DNA of 58,048 bases, counting the filler, from Squatina squatina (Eukaryota), in NCBI GenBank assembly GCA_031763465.1. It is 3 parts of 3 records of this genome, joined end to end, with 100 filler letters (N's around TTAATTAATTAA, not from the genome) between each part and the next. Parts side by side here need not be neighbours in the genome. Positions count along the whole stretch, not along the records: positions 19,461 to 41,607 come from JARFOE010000234.1; 2 more parts are not named here. One strand, 5' to 3'. A program made the position numbers and the translations under genes. Numbering within the stretch: the first letter of the stretch is position 1; each line of letters starts with the position of its first letter. A model generated the notes under the pieces. The model was given only the letters and a program-made list of their open reading frames with translations. It ran no database searches and was not told where the DNA came from. Shown in pieces: positions 23,201 through 36,415 of the stretch.

Positions 23201-26200
23201 CTTTAGGAGTGCTGAACCCCATATGCTATCCTTTGAGTACAGAATTGGAAACTCTTAGTTTATATTTATGTCTTAAGGCATATCTGAAGTGTAATTTTAG
23301 GAAACCTAGGTTATATTTTAACTAGGAAATTTTTAAAAANNNNNNNNNNNNNNNNNNNNNNNNNNNNNNNNNNNNNNNNNNNNNNNNNNNNNNNNNNNNN
23401 NNNNNNNNNNNNNNNNNNNNNNNNNNNNNNNNNNNNNNNAATGCCATGCTAAATGTAATCTGTAGTAATGGTTCCCAGTTTGTACATATCATTTTATTCC
23501 AGTCTGTATCTTTTATTGTTCCATTGCCTTCCTTTGATATATTATAAAGATAGTGAAGCAATGATAAATGGGATGATGCCAGTTTGCTCTGCTCATTGTG
23601 GAATCTTTGCCTACAGACATTGACAATCACATTTCATTTCACTATTCCCTTATATCTTTGGCCTCCATTTGGAAACAAATAACAGACATCTTATGCAGGT
23701 ATTATGGCTGGCAACACTTAGCAACCAATCTTTCTGGAGAGCTGTAAGTTGGTATCTTATAGGCAGCACATTTGATGCAAATAAATGTCAGGCCCTTGAC
23801 AGCAGTGACCTGTCAGACCAGTTTAAAGGGAATGAGGATATTAGAATTCAATAATTTCCTGGTAAAAATACCACTTTAGTGTGACTTCAGTCTCTAATAG
23901 GTGGTTGAGAAACCCTTTCTTATAATTAGCAGCTATTAGATGTTCATTGGTGATAACTGTAACATTTAAGGCAAGACTATCAGTCAGGTGTGAAAAGTTG
24001 NNNNNNNNNNNNNNNNNNNNNNNNNNNNNNNNNNNNNNNNNNNNNNNNNNNNNNNNNNNNNNNNTACATGTAATTTTTATCTTGTCTACTTGGTTGCTAC
24101 GAGGCGAGCACTTGCGATTGTTGTAAGAATATCTCACAAAAAAAGGCTTTCTAAGTAAACAAGTGATAGGCTGAGTTGCTTGTAATTTTACACTCGAACA
24201 GCCCCAGAGCAGTTCACATCTACTCTCAGCTGCCAAATGGGATATTTTGTGCAGGCTTTGTTTGCACAAGCATTTGTTTCCCTATAAAAACTCCAATGGA
24301 CCATTCCTCAGACAGTGTAGGATTCTGTATCTGTGCATTTTTTGAGCTGATAGTCTTAACACATCTCCCTCTTGTCAACAAAGTTAACTCCATTAGGACA
24401 CATTCGAAAAACCCTAAATATCCAGTGATCTCAGTTTAACACCTTGGGGACTGTAGAAGAATTGTGCATCTCATCAAAAGTAAGAGGTAAAGTTGAATAT
24501 AAGTCTGACCTCCCCGAGAGTTTACTATGAATGTCTGAAGATCAGTTTAAGAGTGAATCATTATCAACGTATATTTAAGTTTAGACCACAATGGGCAGTG
24601 GCACTTTAAGAAAAATAAATCATCAATTGGTGTTGCGCCATGTATCACCACCACTATCAAATATGTATTTTGTTTATACCATGTTGGGTAAAAAATTAGA
24701 ATTAACATCTTTCCTTTTTTTAAAAATGGGAACTAAATTATGCCTGCATTCATTGGTTCTCATCCCCCGCCCTNNNNNNNNNNNNNNNNNNNNNNNNNNN
24801 NNNNNNNNNNNNNNNNNNNNNNNNNNNNNNNNNNNNNNNNNNNNNNNNNNNNNNNNNNNNNNNNNNNNNNNNNCAATCTCCACCTCCAAAGTGTGAAAAC
24901 TGCAATAAACCCATCACATACAACAACAGCAGAGCACAAAAAGATTTAAAAAAACAGCCTGAAAAGAATGTAGTAACCACCCATTCACTTTTAAATGCTC
25001 TCCACACTTCAATGCACAGACCTAATTACTTGCCGCATTCCTAAATCCACTTTGCCTAGTGCAATCAGAAACCTGGCGTTAAAATATTTTAGACTCCAAG
25101 GATCAAGGCTAATTATGGGCCTAAGCTGCACCTTTTGGTTTTCTTTTCTGGTTGCTTTTAAACACGCTCCGCTGGAAGAATGGCTGCCTCGGCCACTCAG
25201 GGGTGAAGTGAAGACAAAAAAACAATAAGAGACTCGACTCAATTCAGTAAACGTTAAAAAAAAGGAGACCGAGAGAAGGAGAAGAAAAAGCCGAAGCAGT
25301 AAGTGAGCCTGGGTTACACTACAGAATTGTGGCAGAATACAATATTCACAACACAAAGACGTGTTTCAGGTTGGCACGGCCCCTTNNNNNNNNNNNNNNN
25401 NNNNNNNNNNNNNNNNNNNNNNNNNNNNNNNNNNNNNNNNNNNNNNNNNNNNNNNNNNNNNNNNNNNNNNNNNNNNNNNNNNNNNAACAGTGATTAGGCA
25501 ATTTACAATAAGTTTTTTAAGTTTTAAATCCAATCTTTCCAATCACTACTAAATACAATAGGGAAACTACTACTCATATTTTCACCACAACAATTATGGA
25601 CTTTGGCTAATTTTGTAATCACCATGCATTATCAAAACACAATCAAACCTTTATGAAGCAGACTTTTAAACACATAAACAATCTGCAGTGCAAGTGTACA
25701 CAAGTTTAGAACAGCTAAATTCCGTGAGATAATCCCAACACCAAAATAATCACATTTTAGGGTGTTACATATATGATACTCCCTTCCTGAATAAGAACAA
25801 TGAAAATAATGGTGGTTCAATCTAAATAGTTGAATTTCAGCATTTCTTTACAAATACATTTCTGTAATTTTTGCACCAAATACAAAATTCTTGAATATTA
25901 ATTGTTTTTAGGTTACTCCAAAAATATTATAACAACAAATAATTTTCACTGAATTTAGCAGTTTTATTAAAGCAGCACTCTTTTTATTGAAACATAGTTT
26001 GCAAGCCTTTCTCTAGTGCTCGCAAGCACTATGTTGTGATGATACAATTTGCATCACAATGCGGTGATCAAAATGTGCTGCCTGTGCGTAATGTCGGCAC
26101 AATGACAATGATATACAGCTGTTTTGGCTGTCATTCCTCCCCAGCAATCAACACAGGGCCTCTTCAAGTAGAGCTCGGGATGGTACTGTTTGTGTTAATG

Positions 26201-26399
26201 CGGCAGGTGGAATTTTATATTTAACCTATGTAAACATTGCCTTTGGGCTGTACTGAAGCACAATATGAATATGTAAAAGAAAACTGACAAATTTCAAACA
26301 ACTGTAGTAGCGACGGCATAACAATATAATATGTAAAGATTAATGATGGTGGCATGGCAGTAAGCTCTAATTGAATTGTGCGCTTCAGATGGTGGTTCA

Positions 26400-26455
26400 G
26401 ATGGCGCCTTGGGACATTTTACTGCATTAGAGGTGCTATATAAATGCAAGTTGTC
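26400..26455 (+). mobile_element. L2/Deu-SINE 3' tail
   Basis: gcgccttgggacatttt...ggtgctatataaatgcaagttg. Confidence 0.7.
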
Positions 26456-26519
26456 ATTGCTAGTGCTGTTGCTGCTTTGAGAATGCTGACGTCGGTGATT
26501 GGAATGGTTAACATCATCA

Positions 26520-26850
26520 CATACCATTTACAGCACAGAAACAGGCCATTCGGCCCAACTGGTCTGTGCCAGTGTTTCTGCTCCACCTGAGCCTCCTCCC
26601 ACCCCTCTTCATCTCACCCCATCAGCACGTCCTTCGATTCCTTTCTCCCTCATGTGCTTATCGAGCTTCCCCTAAAATGCGTCTTTGCTATTCGCCTCAA
26701 CTACTCCCTGTGGTAGCATAGGAACATAAGAAATAGGAGCAGGAGTCGGCCATTCGGCCCCTCGAGCCTGTTCCGCCATTCAACAAGATCATGGCTGATC
26801 TACCTCAACTCCACCTCCCTGCACTATCCTCAATTTCCTTATTGTCCAAA
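26520..26850 (-). mobile_element. Two adjacent CR1 3' termini (about 26520-26715 and 26717-26850)
   Basis: Two ggccattcggccc tails from two different CR1 subfamilies. Confidence 0.8.
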
Positions 26851-27067
26851 AATAAACGTCAGCCCAGATTACGTACTCAAGTCATGGATGGGGACTCAGT
26901 GGCAAGAGTGCCATCACTAAGCCAAGCTGGCACTACCAAGCTAGACAGGGCGCGAGTGGTCCAACATGCATTCTCAGTGCCGAGCTGCCCACCATTTCCA
27001 ATCTTGTTGCTATATTAATGAAATTTTAAGTATTAGTCACAGACTTATTAACTCATTCATAAAACAA

Positions 27068-27184
27068 GCACTCCGAGCTTCGTCACGGCAAGCGATTACC
27101 AGGAGGACAGAGGAAACACTTCAAGGACGTCCTCAAAGCTTCACAGAAAATAATGTAACATCCCCACCAACTCATGGGAATTTC
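27068..27184 (+). mobile_element. RTE LINE fragment
   Basis: ELRHGKRLPGGQRKHFKDVLKAS...CNIPTNSWE, the same family as 10702-11027. Confidence 0.8.
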
Positions 27185-27284
27185 NNNNNNNNNNNNNNNN
27201 NNNNNNNNNNNNNNNNNNNNNNNNNNNNNNNNNNNNNNNNNNNNNNNNNNNNNNNNNNNNNNNNNNNNNNNNNNNNNNNNNNNN

Positions 27285-27882
27285 TCATTTGGAGGTGGTG
27301 TCGGGGCAGTGTCGGAGCGCTGCCGAGGCGCTGCGTCAAGTGCTACGCTGACGCGCTACAACGCCCCTCCCCTTGAGTTATAGAGGAGGGGCGCTGTGCA
27401 CTCTGCACTGGACGCCGATGACTGCCACTGAACTACCAGGGGGTGGTGTGACCGGGCCAGCAAGTCGATGTGCCGAGCTAAAGGATAGCGGCCCAGTTGA
27501 TGAAAGGACCGTCATCGTTTGGCCGATCCAGAGCCAGCCGACAAATAACGATGGCGGCCTAGGACGCTAAAGGCCTCCCCTTTAAGGCCTCCCATCAACC
27601 TCGTGTGACGTGGGGCAATTTCACCTGCAGGGCGCAAAGGGGTCGGCATGGGGTGGTGAGGGGTTGGCGCGCATGGCGATGACATCATTGCTGGTTGCGC
27701 ACCAACCTGGGGCGTTAATTGTGGGATGCGACACAAATGGCCCAGTGCCTCCGCGATCTCCTGGGCACTTTCCCGGGAGGCGGAATCACCCCCACCCTCC
27801 GCCCTGGGTGAAAATTATTTAACGCCCCGTTAGTGCCCCCAGAGGCACTAACGGGGCTATAAAAAGGGGCAATTTTGGCCCC
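27285..27882. mobile_element. CpG-rich non-autonomous DNA transposon (PIF/Harbinger-like end)
   Basis: GC/CpG-rich block ending gggcaattttggcccc, with an internal hairpin gccccgttagtgcc...ggcactaacggggc (about 27824-27857). Confidence 0.5.
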
Positions 27883-30772
27883 ATGGAAACCTACCTGTCA
27901 GCATTTTCTGTCAGTGCTCCAGTCACGTTTAATACCCAGGTGGTAAAGATGAAAATCTACCCCTACATATCAAAGGTCATACTTAGGTCCAAATAGGTTG
28001 TTTACCATATCTGCAATTTGACAACTCATTAAAATGTCTCTTTATTTGCATACTACGCTGTCACTGACCTTGCACTAAGTTGTCATGCATTGCTTTTCTG
28101 CTGCACCAGTGAGAAAAAGGCCCATCAGACTATGTGCTGGCACCATCTTCTCATTCTGAAAGCATTTGGTATGCTCTATGACCTTCAATGAACAGTGAAA
28201 CTGATTCAACATTTATTATGCATACTGACAGAAATGCTGGCTGTTAATTTGTGGCCACAATATTACACACAAAGCTTAATGTTTGAGGAGAAAGAGTACA
28301 TTTTCAGAATAAGCTTTCTGAATGGTTTTGAACAGGTCAGCACTGTTGTGGGTGGTGTTCAAACGTACTTTATGCTCGTATCTTTTTCATGTAGGGCCTG
28401 ACCATGTTTGTATGCAATAGGCTTTCTGTAGGGCTACTGGGATGAAAAAATGTTAAGCTCAGTGTGTCAGATCTGATAAACCTGCATGAAGCTTAGGTGT
28501 CTAGGAATATGTTTCTGTTTGTCTTGTTTGTATTTTATACAGTTTGTGTCTGTTGTATATAAAATATATTGACTTGTCCGGGGGCAGTACTGTTTTTTTT
28601 GTGTCTACCAAAGCATCGATTTTAAAATTTTCATCCTTGTGTTCAAATCCCTCCNNNNNNNNNNNNNNNNNNNNNNNNNNNNNNNNNNNNNNNNNNNNNN
28701 NNNNNNNNNNNNNNNNNNNNNNNNNNNNNNNNNNNNNNNNNNNNNNNNNNNNNNAATCTCTAAGTCATGTGGCCTCGTACATGTTACAAATTGAGGCCAC
28801 CTGATTTAAATACAGAGCCCGTTATAGTGCGCTCTCACTGGCTTGCTTGAGGGAACAGCAAATTGCTGGGGAGACAGCAGAAAAAGTATCATTGAAAAAA
28901 TAATAATAACAATGTGAATTTCTCTCAGCAAAGCTCGATTTTGGCCAGGCTAATTGAACCAGTCAAATTCAGATTGCCTTGAATCTTTGGCCCAGATCCA
29001 TAGTCATCTCTAATAAACCCATCCTACCACTTGACGAGAACACAGCTTGTTTTGCATTACAGCTGGCAATGCAAATTTCTGAGTGTATGGAATTAATATC
29101 TCTTCATTGACATAAATAATTTCTAGTCTTTTCAAATAATATCAGTTCTTAAATTGATTCTTTTGAATGAATAACTGGAGGTCTACTACACATTCAGCTT
29201 TCATGAGCTATGAGATACAATGGGGAAAAAACCCATGTGGAGCACATTGTATTAATGCACAATCCCTACTATACATGACATGCGATCTATACTTACAGTA
29301 GTGAAGAGACACGTGTTTTTAATCTAATTCAATAAATCCAAACCCATAATGCAACTAATCTCTGCAGCACTCCTATTGAGAAACATGAATATGACATAGA
29401 TTACATCAATGCGTGGCCTGGTCTCATAGTCNNNNNNNNNNNNNNNNNNNNNNNNNNNNNNNNNNNNNNNNNNNNNNNNNNNNNNNNNNNNNNNNNNNNN
29501 NNNNNNNNNNNNNNNNNNNNNNNNNNNNNNNNNNNNNNNNNNNNNNNNNNNNNATTTCTCCAGTGCTGGTCTATCATGTGGAACTACATTGGATAGGCTA
29601 AGATTCACTGAAAGCATGTTGAAAAGTAAATAAGAGATGCATAAATAGTTAATGTTTACCAAACTTGTTTGTACTTGAGAACTAAGTTCTGCATTGGAAC
29701 ATATTCTACTTCACCCCCATATTGATCGCAGCAAAATGGTGACCAAACATTGGAGTTACCTGAAATGCTGCTGCCATCTATGGACTTGAAAACATTGACC
29801 AGATCGCTTAAACCATTAAAAAAAACAACTCATGCTTGGAGGAAGTTTAGTTTAATATTCCTCGGACCCAGTTTGGAAACTGCAGCTGCACAGTACAGTA
29901 GTTCCTGCAGTGCATGCGGTCTGTATTTGATATTAAATAGGATTTGGTTGTTCAAAGAGTGCTAGTAAAGGAATAATCTGTATTCGTGATGCAATGCTCT
30001 ATCTAATTCACACGATTAACAGTCACATAAGTTCTGAAGTGTTTGATAGGAATCAGTAATAAGTGACAGCTTAGACCTAGAGATGTGTATAAAACAGGGG
30101 AAAGCAGTGTTTTTTTACTGACATCAAAAAGCTGCCAAAACAGACTAAAAGAGTAAACTTCAGAGGTGTGTGTAAGCTGCAAAATTGACGTATCTACTGA
30201 AATGTAATATGCTCAGTCCAACAGTGTTAAAGTGCAATGCATCTAAAATTGAATTTCTTCTTATAAATTTGACAACTGGATTTTTTTAATCATGAATTTC
30301 ATGAGAAACATATCTGTACAATGCTCCTGTAATAAATAACATGTACATTAAACAGTTGTGGTATTGGACCATTTTTACTTTTTGAGATACTTTGGTTGTG
30401 TTATTTAGGAATATTCCAAATTCTTTGTAATAAAACTATACCGTGTGGTTAGAGAATGCTGGGCATTAATTTAAGTTAAAAACTTAAATTAATTTAACAA
30501 ACAAGTGTCAAATGAGACTATAACGTGCAACAAAAAAACCACAATGGTCAACTACCTTAAATAATTTGAATTATTTACAGGCTTCTACTCTATCTACAAT
30601 AGAACTTCTATATATCGACATAACAACCCACAAATTACTATGGATGATATTTAGTGGATGAATGCTTAGTGTGTTTGTGTGACATTCCTCTGTTTACTAT
30701 CTTGGCAAAGGTGTTAAATGGGCTAACACCTGCATTAAAAAGATGATTAGAGGAATGGCTTATGAACACATT

Positions 30773-30958
30773 GGCCTAGAAATTTGTCTCGAGAGGTGGC
30801 GTATAATGGGCGGTATTGGATCGGCCACCTGTTACACACAGCGCCTGATATTCAGTTCCATTGCAGTCAGTGGCACTGAATATCAGGCACTGCGTATAAC
30901 GAGCGGCTGATTCAATACCGCCCGTTTTGCGCCATTGCCCGAGACAAATTTCTGGGCT
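30773..30958. mobile_element. Palindromic MITE (PIF/Harbinger/Tourist-like) with 3-bp ATT target-site duplication
   Basis: Self-complementary over its whole length (ggcctagaaatttgtctcg...cgagacaaatttctgggct). ATT at 30770-30772 and 30959-30961. Confidence 0.85.
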
Positions 30959-33900
30959 ATTAAGTGTTAATCCACTGATTTTACCAAGAGTAATTTACAA
31001 AATAATATTTTTTAAGTTTTGATGACTGTTGTCGCAGTACAAGAGGAAAATCAATTGGTTTAAATATATAAATATATAATTTCTGTAAAACAAAGAAACA
31101 TTCTTTGGCTTCATGTATTTCTTTAATTTGGCTTGAAATAATCAAGATTATAAATTTACTTGAAATCATTTTCATAGACTTTATAGGAAAGAACACACTC
31201 GCGCTTTTTTAATGCCACAAAGATCGTTTGGGGTGTTAAATTCACTATGCAGTAAAATGCGAATGAAAGGCAACCNNNNNNNNNNNNNNNNNNNNNNNNN
31301 NNNNNNNNNNNNNNNNNNNNNNNNNNNNNNNNNNNNNNNNNNNNNNNNNNNNNNNNNNNNNNNNNNNNNNNNNNNNNNNNNNNNNNNNNNNNNNNNNNNN
31401 NNNNNNNNNNNNNNNNNNNNNNNNNNCTGGCATAAAATGCAATGTTTTTTATTTGGTGCTTTGTGTAGAACTCTGTATATTATGGTGGTCACAGTTTGAA
31501 AAAAAAAATTCTGACTAGTTAATCGTCTTCACGCTTTCATGCCTTTCATCACACAATAGACTGCCAAATGTTGATTTTTGTTCAAAGGTGTAAGATTGAT
31601 AAACCTTGTAATACTCTGAAGAAACAGTGAAAATTATAAGCAGATTTTTGATGTGGTGCAAACAGACTCAGGTAGTCCCCTGAGGGTTAAAGTGCTGGGG
31701 TATTTAAGTATTTCTTTCCTAAACCTGTACAACATGGCTGGTTTGGCAGTTTCCCTGCACACTTTGATACCTCATTGTACTTTCATTGCAACAATATGGA
31801 ACATTTAGATTTCATTTACATATTAAAAATAAATCCACTTAAGGGCTGTACAAAGTCAAAAGAACCTAACTTCAAAGCACAAAATAGTGCCAGATTGCAA
31901 CATCTGTAATTATTTCAAAAAGGGTTTCTTTTTATTAAGAAGCATTATGAAAAATAAATTTCATACATTATAATATGCATTACTTTTCTGATTCTTAGTT
32001 AAGATGATGTGCTTAGCAGAAGAAATTCTTTATCTCAATGGATAAAGCTTTTCTCTTTACATCTGCAGTGCTCCTATTCCTGGCTGTTTATAAAAATTAC
32101 AGAACAATTGCTGTTTAACACTACATTAGCAGTCCAAATCGGAACACTGATTATTTCCTAGAGTATTTTGTCAGTTTTGAGTTGGAAAATATGATTATAT
32201 TACAGACTCCATTTTCGGGAATGGGTTCTGTGGTTCAGCTGGATTGGCGCTATCTGATATGTAACCTTCAGGGCTTCCTGTAAGGTAATTATCATGCTGA
32301 GATGAGCTAATCTCACGCTGAATACTACACCTGCCTCATTCAACTAATAAATAGGCCTTCGCCATCCACAGACCGCCTGACCTGACTTATTATACTTTAC
32401 CCATCAGCAAAGAGACTCATATCATCTGTAGGCCAAAGGTGAATTGCCTGCAGACAAAGTTGAAATGAATTTTTTGCAGTCCCATTTCACAAGGCAGTCA
32501 AACCACATAATTCTGAAGAGCACAGCTCCTTAAAGACTTTGCACTTTTAGATCTGTCACAGTTATATATGTTTATAAGTACTGTTGGTGGCTCCTTCTGC
32601 AGGTTTGGAGTGGCTGACTCAAAGATTGGCATAGCGTGATTCTTTAAATGCCAATCTTTGATAAACCAATAAAATTCAGAGACTAGCCACTGACAGTACT
32701 TATGTATTATAAATCTTAGCTCAACAATTTCCTTACTAAATTAGAAAGCCAAAGCAATTTTCTCATACTGATAAAGAATTTGTCTGTTATGTTTACAGTC
32801 ACAAACACCAATATTCAATCTGCCAAATGGTGGAATTTGTTTAGGAAGCAAATATGCTGTGAATGGTGCCTAATACTTATTTGTACTGATCTCTTTAATG
32901 TCTAAACGCAGACTTCTTTTCCCTTGGACAAAGAACAACCATTTTCCTTTCCTGTTCAAAAATCTATTTTTGTAGATAAATGTACGATAATTAATTTGTA
33001 AAAGCTGCGTAATACAAACTTCCAAGAATCTTTAACCCATCATGGTGTCCTGTTCAGCTTATACCTACCTGTAACTCATATTCTCACAAATTCTGTTGCA
33101 AAACATCAGATGAAGCATTTGTGCAATAAAACAGAACAGGGAAGGGTATTTATTTTGGATAATTTCAATCCATATTCTGTTTTAAATGATAAAATGATGT
33201 CCACAAAAGGTCCCTAACCCCAAGAAATGAATAAATCCAGAGGTAATGTTATACAAAAATGTGAGACAGAATCACTTATGTGTCCAGAGCTCTTTGCCAA
33301 AGAACAAAATACATCCTATATTTTACAGACAAATAATAAAACATAGATATGGGACCGATGTAAGAAGTTAAATTATTCAAAAAAATTCTCATCGTTTGCA
33401 GTCAGTTTTAAAATTTCTCATTGACTTATACACTCACAGGGAATGCTACTTACCTGCAAGACTGATGACAACATGTCAGTATTAAATGTCCTCTAATATG
33501 CAAGCTGGAACTTGTGGATGTATTAACTGTCACCAGTTCACGCTTAGCACTGTGATTAGCAAGAGTACAATCTACAGGCTAAAACAAGCTAAGTGGTTTG
33601 ATTTCTAAATTTCCCTCACTGCTTTGTACAGGACTGGATTGTCAGCTCTTGCTGATTAACTTCCAGTCGCACTTTTGTGACATTGACAAAATGAAACATT
33701 TGAAAAGTGAATAAAGTGCAAAACATTCCTCTGTGACTGCAGCTACAAATTTTGAATTTGTCATACTTTTGGCTGTGGTACAAAAATGCTAACCACAAAT
33801 CTCAGACAGTTTGGAATTAGTCTCGTAACCTAACACCTCTGACTCTGTATCAGACATGTGTCCAATTGTTGAAGAATAGTAAACAAGTCACATTAAGCTT

Positions 33901-34065
33901 TAAATATTAAGGTACGGCCAACCACATCTAATTGTCATTCTGGAAATCAGCACTGTGCAAAGCTANNNNNNNNNNNNNNNNNNNNNNNNNNNNNNNNNNN
34001 NNNNNNNNNNNNNNNNNNNNNNNNNNNNNNNNNNNNNNNNNNNNNNNNNNNNNNNNNNNNNNNNN

Positions 34066-34230
34066 ACCCAATCGTGTCTGTTCACTATACACTGGGTGTG
34101 GGAAGGTGGGGCGTCACGGGGTTAGACGGTTCAGCCAACCAATGGCAGATGCGTAGAGGCGGGACGGTTGGAGGTGACAGATCATGTGATCGAACCTCCA
34201 AGAATATGTCCTACCAGGTTGCGAACCCTA
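34066..34230. mobile_element. End of a hAT-like non-autonomous element
   Basis: Ends in ggttgcgaacccta, similar to TAGGGTTGCCA-type TIRs. Truncated by a gap. Confidence 0.35.
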
Positions 34231-34854
34231 ATATGTGGCTTGCCATCCATCTCAATGCATCGACAGGCTTCCAGCAGAACAGAGTGCCCCTCTTATGGCT
34301 GAAATAGATACTCATCTGTGATTTCAGTTGAAGGGCGGTGGGCTGCAATTGGCCTCAGCACCCCTTGGCTAGGGCAGAAACATCATGCCAGAGTTCCCAC
34401 TCCTAGGTTCTCTTTGGCGCCTCCTGGATGTTGGTTAATGATGGGATTGAGCACAGCTGTGATGCCCTCCACGGTCAAATTGCCAGTCAGCACTCACTAT
34501 ATTGGCCTACACATGAAGAGCGGCCATTTGGGCGAGGTACCAAAGAGTAACCATGCTGGAGAATATGCTGGCACCATCAGGGAGGGGCACAGGATCTTGT
34601 ATTTGTCTTCTATTGCATGCAATCCATTGGGTTCATCTTCTTCGGGTAATCTTCATTGCACATCAGCCATTGTCCACAATGGCAATGTAGCTATCCCAGC
34701 ACAGAGCCTGACCCACCAAAATCAACGTCAAATCCCTCACATGAAGAAATAATGTATAGCAGCCACTGACTGACTGCCATATTGTTACAGGACCCTTGAT
34801 GTCGATGGACAAATGCTTAGTGAAATAGGGATCGAGTTAAGCAGAGAAAACTAA

Positions 34855-35212
34855 GAGGAGTTTTGGTAGAGGTGTTTAAAATCATGAGGGGTTTAGATAG
34901 AGTAAATAAAGACAACCGTTTCCACTGGCTGAAGGGTCGATAACCAGAGGGCACAGGTGATTGGCAAAAGAACCAGAGGCCGCCGGAGGAAAGACTTTTT
35001 TATGCGACGATTGGTTAGGATTTGGAATGCGCTGCCAGATAGGACGGCGGAAACAAATTAAGTAGTAGATTTCAAAAGGGAATTGGATAGATATTTGAAG
35101 GAGAAATAATTGCAGGGATGTGGGGAAAGAGCGGGGAGTGGGACTAACTGGATTGCTCTTCGAAAGAGCCGGCACAGACTCGATGGGCCGAATGGCCTCC
35201 CCCTGTGCTGTC
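34855..35212 (+). mobile_element. CR1 3' end
   Basis: LVEVFKIMRG...TRGH...VRIWNALP coding remnant followed by the gatgggccgaatggcctcc tail. Confidence 0.88.
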
Positions 35213-35795
35213 ATGAAAGGCACTATATAAATGCAATTTCTTTCTTTATAGATCTCCTTGCCTTTGTCCTCCCTTCCTACTAGNNNNNNNNNNTCTGTTC
35301 TCTGACTTTGGTGGCCTACACGCTGAGCTTTGGCCCTTCCATAATAATAATTAAAACATTTTTTAAATTATACAACAATATTGCCCAGTTACAGTTTGTG
35401 CTGTATTATTCTACGATTCTATGATTATATCAAGCATTGACCTGTTTATTTAAACTGATTATTGCCTCTGATTAAAATTCGAGATAAAGGAGAGTCATGC
35501 CAGTGTTGATCCAGTTTTGGTCTGACCATTTGGATGCTGAATATAACCAAAACAAACTAAACCCCTCAGCTGTAACTGGGCAATATTGTTGTATAATGTT
35601 TACATTATTTTTAATTATAATTATTATGGAAGGGCCAAAGCTCAGAGTGCAGGCACTAAGGTCGGAGAACAGACAAAATAAATCAAGACACCAGGCTATG
35701 ATTAGCTTGGGTTTTGAAAAGCTGGTAGGAAGGGAGGACAAAGGCAAGGAGATCTGAAAAGAAAGAACTAGCATTTACATAGTGCCTTTCATGAC
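35210..35795. repeat. Local inverted duplication (arms 35210-35394 and 35570-35795)
   Basis: The arms are reverse complements, e.g. tatacaacaatattgcccagttacag / ctgtaactgggcaatattgttgtata and agatctccttgcctttgtcctcccttcctac / gtaggaagggaggacaaaggcaaggagatct. Confidence 0.9.
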
Positions 35796-36204
35796 CTAAG
35801 GATATCTCAAAGCACTTTACGTTCACTGACCATCGATGGCCCTAGTACTGGATGATATAAAGCACTAACAATGGGGCTACACCTGAAACACTACCTCATT
35901 TTTTTTCTGGTCTAAGCAGCACTGTCTATTTTTGTGACAGAGAGTACAATGATTGACAGCTCAGAGCAAAATTCCTGGAGGCTTCCAGAAGGTGTCAAAT
36001 GCGATTTTCTTCAGAAACTGAAGTTAGGGTTGAAGGAAAAAGAGGCAGTATTCTAATTAGATCAACAGTGCTGGATTTGAGAGAAGAGTCAGCATAACTC
36101 ATTACGTTAATCAGTTTGACATTCCTTGGGTTAGAAGAGAGTCATTATGGTTTCCAAAAATAACCAGCCAGAATTATGTTGATTAGACAAAGAGAGCACG
36201 TAAA

Positions 36205-36415
36205 AACACTTGGATTTATACCGTGTCTTTCACAACCTCAGAACCTCTCAAAGCGCTTTACAGCTAACGAAGTACTTTTCGATGTGTAGTCACTGCTGTA
36301 ATGTACAAAACACGGCAGCCAATTTGCACATAGCAAGCTCCCACGAACAACAAGGAGATAATGAGCAGATCATCTGTTTGGAGATGTTGGTTGAGGGATA
36401 AATATTGACCAGAGC
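36205..36415 (-). mobile_element. Deu-type SINE 3' half
   Basis: Reverse complement of about 8715-8930. Confidence 0.7.

Noticed and set aside
30465-30493. 13-bp AT-rich hairpin
   Set aside because: Low complexity; plausible by chance in AT-rich DNA.
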